A program made the position numbers and the translations under genes. Below, in pieces: positions 53,126 to 64,000 of a stretch of 64,000 nt of DNA; positions within the stretch are counted from its first letter, which is position 1, and the number at the start of each line of letters is the position of its first letter. The notes under the pieces are model-generated. The model worked only from the letters and a program-made list of their open reading frames with translations. It searched no databases and was not told the DNA's origin. The DNA comes from Macrostomum lignano (Eukaryota): NCBI GenBank assembly GCA_002269645.1, contig NIVC01000645.1:186001-250000 (forward strand). The letters are read 5' to 3'.

Positions 53126-53529
53126 CTTACTATCTTTACAATGTAAGATGGTTCAAAACATTGAGACGCTGCAAAATACGATTGATAAATTTAATTTAAA
53201 AAACGTGGTTACTACACTGCCACTTTAAAGTTGTAATCAAGACAAAGAAAATCAGACGTGAATATAAATAAAAGTAAATTTAGGGCTATTTAAAGAAACA
53301 CCTTCGCTTAAAAGATTCTGAACATCTAATAAAAGTTTGCACTTGTTTTAACCATCATTATTAATAATACGGGTCGGGCGAAAATTCAAATTCCTATGCA
53401 TTTTTGCACACTTCGCCTACTTCTACTTCTTTACCTGTCACCCTACGGCCTACACCTGTTACTGTAATAACTATTCACGCATTTTGTATTTTTATCTGTA
53501 CCTAGAAACTTGCTGAACGAAATTCGAAA
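53126..53529. promoter_or_regulatory. 404-bp AT-rich divergent intergenic region between CFAP210 and CCT3 (candidate bidirectional promoter)
   Basis: The two start codons face away from each other. Splice-acceptor-like sites lie upstream of both ATGs (AG at 53170-53169 on minus; 53504-53505 on plus). Confidence 0.55.
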
Positions 53530-53560
53530 ATGTCTGGAGGCACTCCCGTTATCGTCTTGA
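53530..53560 (+). CDS. CCT3: CCT3 exon 1 (MSGGTPVIVL)
   Basis: Donor TTG A|GTAAGC, phase 1. Confidence 0.88.
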
Positions 53561-56500
53561 GTAAGCATTTCTACTTATGACATTATCCTATTGAAATTTT
53601 ATATTATATACTACATTTTTTATTCTTTTCCAAAGCACAACTACTTTTAAGTTATTCACAAAAGTCTAAGATTATAAAGAAGAAATAGGATGGGCATTAA
53701 AGCAATTAGCTATAAATAGAATTTGTCATCAAATAGCTGAAGAGCTAATAATCAAATGTATTAACAAGTTAGTTGTTAATTTTTAACAATAAACTTATTT
53801 AGAATTTTAAGCCATGCCCATTAAAATATACAATAAAGTGCAGCATATTCATCAGAATAAAAACATCTGAATCTGTTGCTGTATGCTATGCACTGCTAAA
53901 ACAAAGGTGCCACCAAATTTGTCAACTCTATTGACAAATCCAGTTTACCCCACACTCCAGATCATGTAGGCCTAGTATACGCCCCAAAAATTTGGGCATG
54001 CATTGGCCTTGCATGCCAAAAGTAGGCGTGCACAGTTGGCATGCATCACTTCTATGAAAATACACCTGGCATGCACTTTATAGAATCACACAGAGGTGAG
54101 AGGAGTTATTGTAAAGTAGAAAAAAGGTAAAAAAGTTCATTCTTAAGTGTAAATTTCCCACTTTCTGGGTTTTTAAGCTTGTAATAAGGCATTTAAAGAA
54201 ATCTTTGCATGTATCAATTTTCCATTGTATATAGGCATAGTATTGCCAAAAAGGCAGAAAATTAACCAAATTATCTGTCAAAAATGGTCTATTATGCAAT
54301 GAAAAGAGGTATAAATTTATTCTTACAATATAAGAAAGTCATTTATTGTTGCAACATTGGCAAAGTTTTAAGAATGAAAATGCACTCAATTTTTTTTTGG
54401 TGTGCATTTGTACCTATCAATTTTTGTTTAGGTGTGCACCTAGCATGATCCAGACTATAGAGTTTACCTTACTATGCACTGTTGACAAATTCAGTTTACT
54501 TGACAATACATATGCTATTTATTAGTATATTTATTTACTATACACTAAAAACTGAAAGACAAAGCCTATTGAGAAGATACATAAAATATAACAAAGGAAG
54601 AATGGTTTTCTTATTAATTTTTTATAAGCTATTAATACCCACAGATTTTAAACCCTTTGATTTTAAATATTAAATCCCTGAAACTTTTTTTGCACACATT
54701 TTGAAATCTGAAGTCCAAAACCTTGTTAATGGTTAAGATAACTAAAACTTGGGATTAAATTTGAATTAAAATGACTTACTTCACTCAAGAGATGCAATAA
54801 AGCATACATGTGCAACTGCTAGCTGACCTGGCCGATCTGGCCACCATAAATTGTGGTGGACCAGGGGTAAGTCGCTAAAATGCCACCCCAAAGAATATGG
54901 ACATAGTACTAATTAGATGCCAAGGCATTTTGGCCTGATAGGACAGTCAGAGTTACTCCTGCCATTTACATAAAAATTTTAATTTTGCTTTAAGGTTTCC
55001 TTCACAGGTAAGTTGCATTTTTGGTCAAAAAGTAAGTCGCATGGCCAGTGTAAATCAGGGAGGTTGCGCATATATGTAAAGTGTAATAAAGCATATGTAG
55101 CACATAAACCACTGATAGATAGTCTCCCCCATTTTTTAAGTAGGAAAGCATCAATGATACTTGACAAATCTTGCTTAAGACATTTTTAGTTTCAATATAT
55201 CTCAAAAATAAAAAAAAACTTGTATGTATCATATGCCATTGCATTATTCCTACTGCTTGAGTAGACACTATAATTAATTTCTATTGGTACTTATAAATTC
55301 TCTTAATTAGTTTATTTTAACTTTTAAACAATAATTCTGGGCCTATAATCTTTCTTGTGTTTATTCTGGAAGAAAATTGATGAATTTTCATTATTTATGC
55401 CAGAGTTTTGATGGTGGCTACACACTTGGTGCAATAGACCAGCTTGATGGTGGCTACACATTTGGTGCAATGGACCAGGTTGATGCTGGCTATGAATTCA
55501 GAATAAAAACTAGCAATGGCATTGTATACATGCATAAATAAAAATGAATGAAATTTTTAAAAGTTACAATTGAAAATGATTTGTGGACAATGGCATCAGA
55601 TAGTTAATTTACAAAAAATCTGCCAATAAAGTCAATTTTTTAATTAAAAGTGCTTATTATTACTAAGAGTATTTTGATTCCTAGTGTTTTATACAGCATT
55701 AAAAAACTAACATCAGAGCTTAAGTTATGTTTGTTATCAAATGAATAAAAAATTCAAATTCCAACATGTATTGTGTTTGCTGCATATTCAACCCTGCACT
55801 GCAGTTCCAACCCCATCTGTCCAACCCCACCCCAATAACTAGATCAAAACACCAAACGCGAGCAAGGTCGCAAAGTTCAACTGACCAACATCCAGTCTGC
55901 CAAGACTGTGGCTGATGTCATTCGTACATGCCTGGGCCCCCAGGCTATGCTCAAAATGCTCATGGACCCCATGGGCGGCATTGTCATGACCAACGATGGC
56001 AATGCCATCCTGCGCGAGATCACCGTGCAGCACCCGGCCGCCAAGAGCATGATCGAGATCGCCCGCACCCAGGACGAGGAAGTGGGCGACGGCACCACCT
56101 CCGTGATCATCCTGGCTGGGGAGATCCTGGCCGTGTCCACCGCTTTTCTGGAGCAGAGCATCCATCCTACCATTATCATCACCGCCTACAGGCAGGCGCT
56201 GGAGGATATGCTCGAGATGGTGAGCAGTACTAACTCAAATACTGGCTGGTTTAATGTCACCCCCTGAATCTCAATAATCTCATCCCTGAATCTCAATAAT
56301 CTCATCCCTGAATCTCAAATATCTCACCCCTGAATCTCAACTATCTCACACCTGAATCTCAACTATCTCACCCCTGAATCTCAACAATTACATCCCCGAA
56401 TCTCAACTATCCCACTCCTGAATCTCATAAATCTCATTTTAACTATCTCATCCTTGAATCTCAATTATCTCACCCTGAATCTCACAAATCTCATCCCTGA

Positions 56501-57931
56501 ATCTCAACAATCTCACCCCTGATTCTTAACTATCTTATCCCTGAATCTCAGCAATCTCACATCAGAATCTGAATTATCTCATCCCTGAATCTCAAAAGTC
56601 CCTCCCACCCCTTAATCTCAACTATCTCATTCCTGAATCTCAGAAATCTCACCCCAGAATCTGAATTATCTCATCCCTGAATCTCAACAGTCCTTCCCAC
56701 CCCAGAATCTTAACTATCTCATCCCTGAATCTCAACTTTCTCCTGCCTGAATCTCAGCAATCTCACCCCTGAATCTCAACTATCTCATCCGTGGATCTGA
56801 ATTATCTCATTCCTGAATCTGAGCAATCTCATTCCTGAATCTCATCCCTTAATCTCAACAATCTCGCCCCGAACCCGCAGGCCTCCAGTCGCTACTCCGT
56901 AGACGTGGACACCAACGACACGGACAAGATGCACGAGCTGATCCGCACCTGCCTCGGCACCCGAGTGCACACCCAGTGGAACCAGGTGGCCTGCCGCATC
57001 GCCCTGGACGCGGTGCGCACGGTGCACAAGGAGAGGGGGTCGGACGGCCAGGCCCAGGAAATCGACATCAAGCGCTACGCTCGCATTGAGAAAATTCCTG
57101 GCGGCAGCATCGAGGACTCCTGCGTGCTGGACGGCATCATGATCAACAAGGACGTGGTGCACCCGCAGATGCGCCGGCGCATTGCCAATCCGCGCATTGT
57201 GCTGCTGGACTGCGACCTCGAGTACAAGAAAGGCGAGAGCCAGACCAATGTGGAAATCCGCCAGGAGGAGGACTTCACGCGCCTGCTGCAGCTGGAGGAA
57301 GAGTACATCAAGACCGTCTGCCAGGCTGTGCTGGCCGTCAAGCCCGACCTGGTCATCACCGAGAAGGGCGTCAGCGACCTCGCCCAGCACTACCTGGTCA
57401 AGGCCGGCGTGTCCGTGCTGCGCCGCCTGCGCCGCACCGACCAGTGGCGAGTGGCCCGCGCCATCGGGGCCACCATTGTTAACCGGCCTGACGAGCTCAA
57501 GGAGGAGGACATTGGCACTGGCTGTGGCCTGTTTGAGGTCTGTGAGCTGTCTGTGTGCCTGTCTGTGTGCCTGTCTGTGTGTCTGTCTGTGTGTCTGTCT
57601 GTGTGCCTGTCTGTGTGCCTGTCTGTGTGTCTGTCTGTGTGCCTGTCTGTGAGCTGTCTGTGTGCCTGTCTGTGTGCCTGTCTGTGTGCCTGTCTGTGTG
57701 CCTGTCTGTGTGCCTGTCTGTGTGTCTGTCTGTGTGCCTGTCTGTGAGCTGTCTGTGTGCCTGTCTGTGTGCCTGTCTGTGTGCCTGTCTGTGTGCCTGT
57801 CTGTGTGCCTGTCTGTGTGCCTGTCTGTGTGCCTGTCTGTGCCTGTCTGTGTGCCTGTCTGTGTGTCTGTCTGTCTGTCTGTCCGTGTGCCTGTCTGTCT
57901 GTCTGTCTGTCTGTCTGTCTGCCTGTCTGTA

Positions 57932-57976
<45 letters not shown>

Positions 57977-58011
57977 GCCTGTCTGTATGTCTGTCTTAGT
58001 GTCTGTCTTAG

Positions 58012-58086
<75 letters not shown>

Positions 58087-58087
58087 G

Positions 58088-58120
<33 letters not shown>

Positions 58121-59535
58121 GCCCCCAGCTAACCCAGTCCCGCTCCCCACCCGCAGGTGCGCAAGATCGGTGATGAGTACTACTCGTACCTGGTGCAGTG
58201 CCGCAACCCGAAGGCCTGCACCATCGTGCTGCGCGGCCCCAGCAAGGACATCCTGAACGAGATGGACCGCAGCCTCAATGACGCCCTTAACGTTGCCCGC
58301 AACATCGTCTTGAAGCCGAAGCTCTGCCCGGGCGGCGGCGCCTTCGAGATGGCCATCGCCCACGCGGTGTCGGAGAAAGGCAAAGCGCTCACCACGGTGC
58401 ACCAGGGCCCCTACCGCGCCCTGGCCGCGGCCCTGGAGGTGATCCCGCGCACCCTCATCCAGAACTGCGGCGCCAACGTCATCAGGACTTTGACGGCGCT
58501 GAGGGCGAAGCACGCGGGCACGGAGCCGGAGGACTGGATGTGGGGCGTGGACGGCGAGACGGGCAAACTGCGCCACATGAAGGCTGACGGCATCTGGGAG
58601 CCGCTCAGCGTTAAAAATCAGGTGCTCAAGACCGCCACTGAGGTGAGGAGCTGCGGGATTTTACATTATTTTTTTGTGCTGAAATGTGCACCGGGTCAAT
58701 ATTCTCCAGCCTTTAAGACCGGCTACAATCCTCACCTGTTCACCTGAGAATCCTCACCTGTTCACCTGAGAATCCTCACCTGTTCACCTGAGAATCCTCA
58801 CCTGTTCACCTGAGAATCCTCACCTGTTCACCTTAGAGTCCCAACCTGTTCACCTGAAAATCCTCACCTGTTCACCTTAGAATCCTCACCTGTTCACTTG
58901 AAAATCCTCATCTGTTCACCTGAGAATCCTCACCTGTTCACCTGAGAATCCTCACCTGTTCATCTGAGAATCCCACCTGTTCACCTTAGAATCCTCACCT
59001 GTTCACCTTAGAATCCTCACCTGTTCACCTGAGAATCCCCACCTGTTCACTTGAGAATCCTCACCTGTTCACTTGAGAATCCTCACCTGTTCACTTGAGA
59101 ATCCTCACCTGTTCACCTTAGAAATCCCCACCTGTTAACTTTAGAATCCCCACCTGTTCACCTTAGAATCCCCAGCTGTTCAGCTTAGAATCCCCACCTG
59201 TTCACCTTAAAATCCTCACCTGTTCAGCTTAGAATCCCCACCTGTTCACCTTAAAATCCCAGCCCGTTCACCTTAAAATCCTCACCTGTTCAACTTAGAA
59301 TCCCACCTGTTCACCTTATAAATCCCCACCTGTTCACCTTAGAATCCTCACCTGTTCACCTTATAAGCCTCACCTGTTCTCAAAACCGCCATGTCCCTCG
59401 CAGACGGCCATCCTTCTGCTCCGCATTGACGACATCGTGTCGGGCACGAAGAAGGGCGGCGTTGAGGGCGCCGCCGCCGCGGCCAAAGCTGCCGCTAACG
59501 AAGCTGCGCAGCCAGCTGCCGGAGGCGACGAGTGA
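53530..59535 (+). CDS. CCT3: T-complex protein 1 subunit gamma (CCT/TRiC chaperonin), join(53530..53560,55843..56219,56881..57537,58157..58642,59404..59535), 560 aa
   Basis: PVIVL-NQNTKRE.GRKVQ N-terminus, RTCLGP, TNDGNAIL, EVGDGTTSV, EIDIKRYARIEKIPGG, LEYKKGESQT, PGGGAFEMA and LLLRIDDIVSG are gamma-subunit signatures. Phases are consistent; total 1683 nt. Confidence 0.97.
55843..56219 (+). CDS. CCT3: CCT3 exon 2
   Basis: AACTAG|AT CAA AAC ACC...GAG ATG|GTGAGC. Confidence 0.95.
56260..56860. repeat. ~22-bp degenerate minisatellite TCATCCCTGAATCTCAACTATC (CCT3 intron 2)
   Basis: Fills most of the intron. Confidence 0.9.
56881..57537 (+). CDS. CCT3: CCT3 exon 3
   Basis: CCCGCAG|ASSRYSVDV...GCGLFE|GTCTGT; 657 nt. 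Confidence 0.95.
57538..58120. repeat. GTGCCTGTCTGT 12-mer grading into (CTGT)n (CCT3 intron 3)
   Basis: The array starts at the donor itself. Confidence 0.93.
58157..58642 (+). CDS. CCT3: CCT3 exon 4
   Basis: CCGCAG|VRKIGDEYY...KTATE|GTGAGG; 486 nt. Confidence 0.95.
58730..59380. repeat. 22-bp minisatellite AATCCTCACCTGTTCACCTGAG (CCT3 intron 4)
   Basis: About 29 tandem units. Confidence 0.93.
59404..59535 (+). CDS. CCT3: CCT3 exon 5 (terminal)
   Basis: CTCGCAG|TAILLLRIDDIVSG...GDE*; stop at 59533-59535. Confidence 0.95.
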   Translation, partial: TAILLLRIDDIVSGTKKGGVEGAAAAAKAAANEAAQPAAGGDE

Positions 59536-59573
59536 AGACTGAACTACTGCTGACAAGCAATGCACCGTTTATT

Positions 59574-59587
59574 GTTGCCATGGAAAC
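59574..59587. promoter_or_regulatory. Perfect RFX X-box-like 14-mer GTTGCCATGGAAAC
   Basis: Canonical X-box consensus 39 bp after the CCT3 stop; function untested. Confidence 0.4.
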
Positions 59588-60814
59588 CGTTATGATAAAA
59601 AGCAGAACTCACTCACCGAAATCGGCCTCCCCTCGGTCCGCCGCCCACACAAAATTCTAGCAAAATGCATAGTAGTATATGTAGTAGTATGCTTTGGTAG
59701 GTTTGCTACAATACCGTTGGTTTTTTCTACACACAGCAAGCTGCTGTATGGATATACGCTCGTATACTACTTATGAAATAATAATTTTCAATTTATTCTT
59801 TTTTATTGCTTTTTTGTGTCTTTGTTTTCTATCCATTATTGTTATAATCCAGCTTGTTTTTCTACTGTGCGCTGCTTCCTGTTTGTTTGTTTGCTGTGTG
59901 TCAGCTGGAGAGAGAGAGAATCAAACTAAAAAACACAGCAGACTGGGAAAACACTCAAAATTAATTAGCAAAACTTAATAGTTTTATAATAGCATATTTA
60001 ATCAGACACTAATGTGCGCATTTTGCTACTGCTTGAATAGCTGATTTAAAGTAGTATCATTGGGTAATATAAGCAGCAGATTTGCTTTTTCGCTATGAAA
60101 GTTATCAGTTGTACTTTTATTTGCAATTTGGCTTAAAACATTCAGCACTTCAGCCGACAGTTTAATATCCGGTTGCCCGCCGTGCCATCTTCGTTTTACT
60201 GGTTTATTAATATTTCCTATTTTAATAAAATTAATCAACAAGTGCTGCATCCATTCAAAGCCCTAGCATTTGCCTCTGCTTTTGCTAGGACTTGCTGTTC
60301 AACTTTGGTTTTAGAATTGCTATATACTCTTCTCGGACAACTGCATCCTGTATTTATAGGCAAGTTTGTTATTAATTATTCAGCAATAATTCCTCCCCCC
60401 CAGCAATGTCACTGCAGTTTGAAAGCAGCTCTCTGATGATTTCAATTCTTTCTTTTTCTGCGAAGGATTTAAGCTTAAACTGTAAGCCGCCAGTGCTTCT
60501 CCTCTCTCTGGTTTGCCTTGTCCAAGTGATTGAGGGTGACGTAATAATATATTGAAGACGGCAAGTCTTGAAATAAACAGTTTAATTATTGGAGAAAATA
60601 AATTTGAAAAAAATGCAATTGAATTGTATCTGTTTCCAGTGTTTTTTACCTTAATATTAGGAAATTTACGGAGGAAAATATTAAGTTAGGGTCAGGGATA
60701 TCTCCATTATTTGCATAGAACTGTTAGCTTGCATATACCATTCGCTATACATGTAGATCTTGTATGCATAGATAACTTAGATAACTGAGTGCGTGTACAT
60801 TAAGGTTGGGATAA

Positions 60815-61330
60815 ATTGGCGTGTGTACATTGGGGCAAAGATGGCTGGGTGTGTGTACATTGGGGCAGAGATGGCTGGACGTGTTTACATTGGGGCAGAG
60901 ATGGCTGGGTGTGTGCATTGGGGCAGAAATGGCTGGGCGTGTGTACATTGGGGCAAAGATGGCTGGGTGTGTGTAAATTGGGGCAGAAATGGCTGGGTGT
61001 GTGTACATTGAGGCAGAGATGCTCGGTGTGTGTACATTGAGGCAGAGATGCTCGGTGTGTGTACATTGAGGCAGAGATGGCTGGGTGTGTGTACATTGAG
61101 GCAGAGATGCTCGGTTGTGTACATTGAGGCAGAGATGCTCGGTTGTGTACATTGGGGCAGAGATGGCTGGGTGTGTGTACATTGGTGCAGAGATGCTCGG
61201 TGTGTGTACATTGGGGCAGAGATGGCTGGGTGTGTGTACATTGGGGCAGAGATGGCTGGGCGTGTTTACATTGGGGCAGAGATGGCTGGGTGTGTGTACA
61301 TTGGGGCAGAAATGGGTGGGCGTGTGTACA
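60815..61330. repeat. ~30-bp minisatellite TGTGTGTACATTGGGGCAGAGATGGCTGGG
   Basis: Period 30 at 61201 to 61231. Confidence 0.93.
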
Positions 61331-61699
61331 TTGTATGAGTACATAGGCATCTTCTTGCATGTGCCTAAAGTGACTAAAAGTGCACCGCGCGGAGAAGAAT
61401 TCATTCTCTTTACAGAAGAATCCTCAGTGTATCATCAACTTGAAATGCCCTGAGGCTGTCAATGAAACCTGCCAATCAGACTGCAGACAGTTTTTAGTTT
61501 GATCCTCAACGATTGAATATTCAAACATCTCTCTATCTCTACAGCTCCCTGGCAATTGCATTTTTCTACTGTGAAGTACTTTAGATGCCTCATCTCCGGC
61601 TTCACGATTGCTTTTGGTAGCAATTTAGCTGTTGCAGTCTAAAATTATCATGCGTTTGTCTGCTGATCTCATTTCATCTCATTATGCTCGAGAATCTCA

Positions 61700-64000
61700 C
61701 CCAGTTAGCTTTCATTATCTCACCCAGTTAGCTATCATTATCTCACCCAGTTAGCCATCATTATCTCACCCAGTTAGCTATCATTATCTCACCCAGTTAG
61801 CCATCATTATCTCACCCAGTTAGCTATCATTATCTCACCCAGTTAGCCATCATTATCTCACCCAGTTAGCTATCATTATCTCACCCAGTTAGCTATCATT
61901 ATCACACCCAGTTAGCTATCATTATCTCACCCAGTTAGCTATCATTATCTCACCCAGTTAGCTATCATTATCTCACCCAGTTAACTATCATTATCTCACC
62001 CAGTTAGCCATCATTATCTCACCCAGTTAGCCATCATTATCTCACCCAGTTAGCCATCATTATCTCACCCAGTTAGCCATCATTATCTCACCCAGTTAGC
62101 CATCATTATCTCACCCAGTTAGCCATCATTATCTCACCCAGTTAGCTATCATTATCTCACCCAGTTAGCTATCATTATCTCACCCAGTTAGCTATCATTA
62201 TCTCACCCAGTTAGCTATCATTATCTCACCCAGTTAGCCATCATTATCTCACCCAGTTAGCTATTATTATCTCACCCAGTTAGCTATCATTATCTCACCC
62301 AGTTAGCTATCATTATCTCACCCAGTTAGCCATCATTATCTCACCTAGTTAGCTATCATTATCTCACCCAGTTAGCCATCATTATCTCACCCAGTTAGCT
62401 ATCATTATCACACCCAGTTAGCTATCATTATCATACCCAGTTAGCTATCATTATCACACCCAGTTAGCTATCATTATCTCACCCAGTTAGCTATCATTAT
62501 CACACCCAGTTAGCTATCATTATCACACCCAGTTAGCTATCATTATCTCACCCAGTTAGCTATCATTATCTCACCCAGTTAGCTATCATTATCTCACCCA
62601 GTTAGCTATCATTATCTCACCCAGTTAGCTATCATTATCTCACCCAGTTAGCCATCATTATCTCACCCAGTTAGCCATCATTATCTCACCCAGTTAGCCA
62701 TCATTATCTCACCCAGTTAGCCATCATTATCTCACCCAGTTAGCATCATTATCTCACCCAGTTAGCTATCATTATCTCACCCAGTTAGCTATCATTATCT
62801 CACCCAGTTAGCTATCATTATCTCACCCAGTTAGCCATCATTATCTCACCCAGTTAGCCATCATTATCTCACCCAGTTAGCCATCATTATCTCACCCAGT
62901 TAGCCATCATTATCTCACCCAGTTAGCCATCATTATCTCACCCAGTTAGCCATCATTATCTCACCCAGTTAGCCATCATTATCTCACCCAGTTAGCTATC
63001 ATTATCTCACCCAGTTAGCATCATTATCTCACCCAGTTAGCTATCATTATCTCACCCAGTTAGCTATCATTATCTCACCCAGTTAGCTATCATTATCTCA
63101 CCCAGTTAGCTATCATTATCTCACCCAGTTAGCCATCATTATCTCACCCAGTTAGCTATCATTACCTCACCCAGTTAGCCTTCATTATCTCACCCAGTTA
63201 GCTATCATTATCTCACCCAGTTAGCTATCATTATCTCCCCCAGTTAGCCATCATTATCTCACCCAGTTAGCTATCATTATCTCACCTAGTTAGCTATCAT
63301 TATCTCACCCAGTTAGCCATCATTATCTCACCCAGTTAGCCATCATTATCTCACCTAGTTAGCTATCATTATCTCACCCAGTTAGCATCATTATCTCACC
63401 CAGTTAGCCATCATTATCTCACCCAGTTAGCCATCATTATCTCACCCAGTTAGCCATCATTATCTCACCCAGTTAGCCATCATTATCTCACCCAGTTAGC
63501 TATCATTATCTCACCCAGTTAGCTATCATTATCTCACCCAGTTAGCTATCATTATCTCACCCAGTTAGCCATCATTATCTCACCCAGTTAGCTATCATTA
63601 TCTCACCCAGTTAGCTATCATTATCTCACCCAGTTAGCTATCATTATCACACCCAGTTAGCTATCATTATCTCACCCAGTTAGCTATCATTATCTCACCC
63701 AGTTAGCTATCATTATCTCACCCAGTTAGCTATCATTATCTCACCCAGTTAGCTATCATTATCTCACCCAGTTAGCTATCATTATCTCACCCAGTTAGCT
63801 ATCATTATCTCACCCAGTTAGCTATCATTATCTCACCCAGTTAGCTATCATTATCTCACCCAGTTAGCTATCATTATCTCACCCAGTTAGCCATCATTAT
63901 CTCACCCAGTTAGCCATCATTATCTCACCCAGTTAGCTATCATTATCTCACCCAGTTAGCCATCATTATCTCACCCAGTTAGCCATCATTATCTCACCCA
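61700..64000. repeat. 23-bp satellite TCATTATCTCACCCAGTTAGC(T/C)A, ~100 copies, runs off the window end
   Basis: Period 23 checked (61741 to 61764). Confidence 0.98.

Noticed and set aside
55839-59565. Minus-strand ORFs over the CCT3 exons and plus-strand ORFs over the CFAP210 exons
   Set aside because: Antisense shadows of GC3-rich coding exons.

Overview
This window is animal (metazoan) genomic DNA, not prokaryotic. The spliced genes, GC-rich exons and very high simple-repeat load resemble the flatworm Macrostomum lignano (inference only, not a database result). I reconstructed four spliced genes by hand from splice signals, reading-frame continuity and recalled family motifs. (1) ZNF608/609 (scribbler/brakeless)-like, +, join(5266..5664,6631..8568), 778 aa. 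(2) MRL-family RA-PH adaptor (RIAM/lamellipodin/MIG-10-like), +, 9 exons over 23320..39451, about 549 aa; it has a probable GC-AG first intron and apparently ends right after the PH domain. (3) CFAP210/CCDC173, -, 7 exons over 53125..45579, 555 aa. (4) CCT3, +, 5 exons over 53530..59535, 560 aa, head-to-head with CFAP210. The rest is about 30 different micro/minisatellite arrays, a 180-bp hAT MITE with an 8-bp TSD, a tRNA-derived CORE-type SINE, and an inverted pair of 20-mer arrays around a CCAAT/TATA-containing core. Most ORFs in the supplied track are translations of repeats or antisense shadows. There is no CRISPR array, rRNA or genuine tRNA. I found no clearly new biological system. The best leads are the nearly one-private-minisatellite-per-intron pattern, a possible nesting of CCT3 inside a CFAP210 5'UTR intron marked by a perfect RFX X-box, the foldback-like element, and the tail-less MRL protein.
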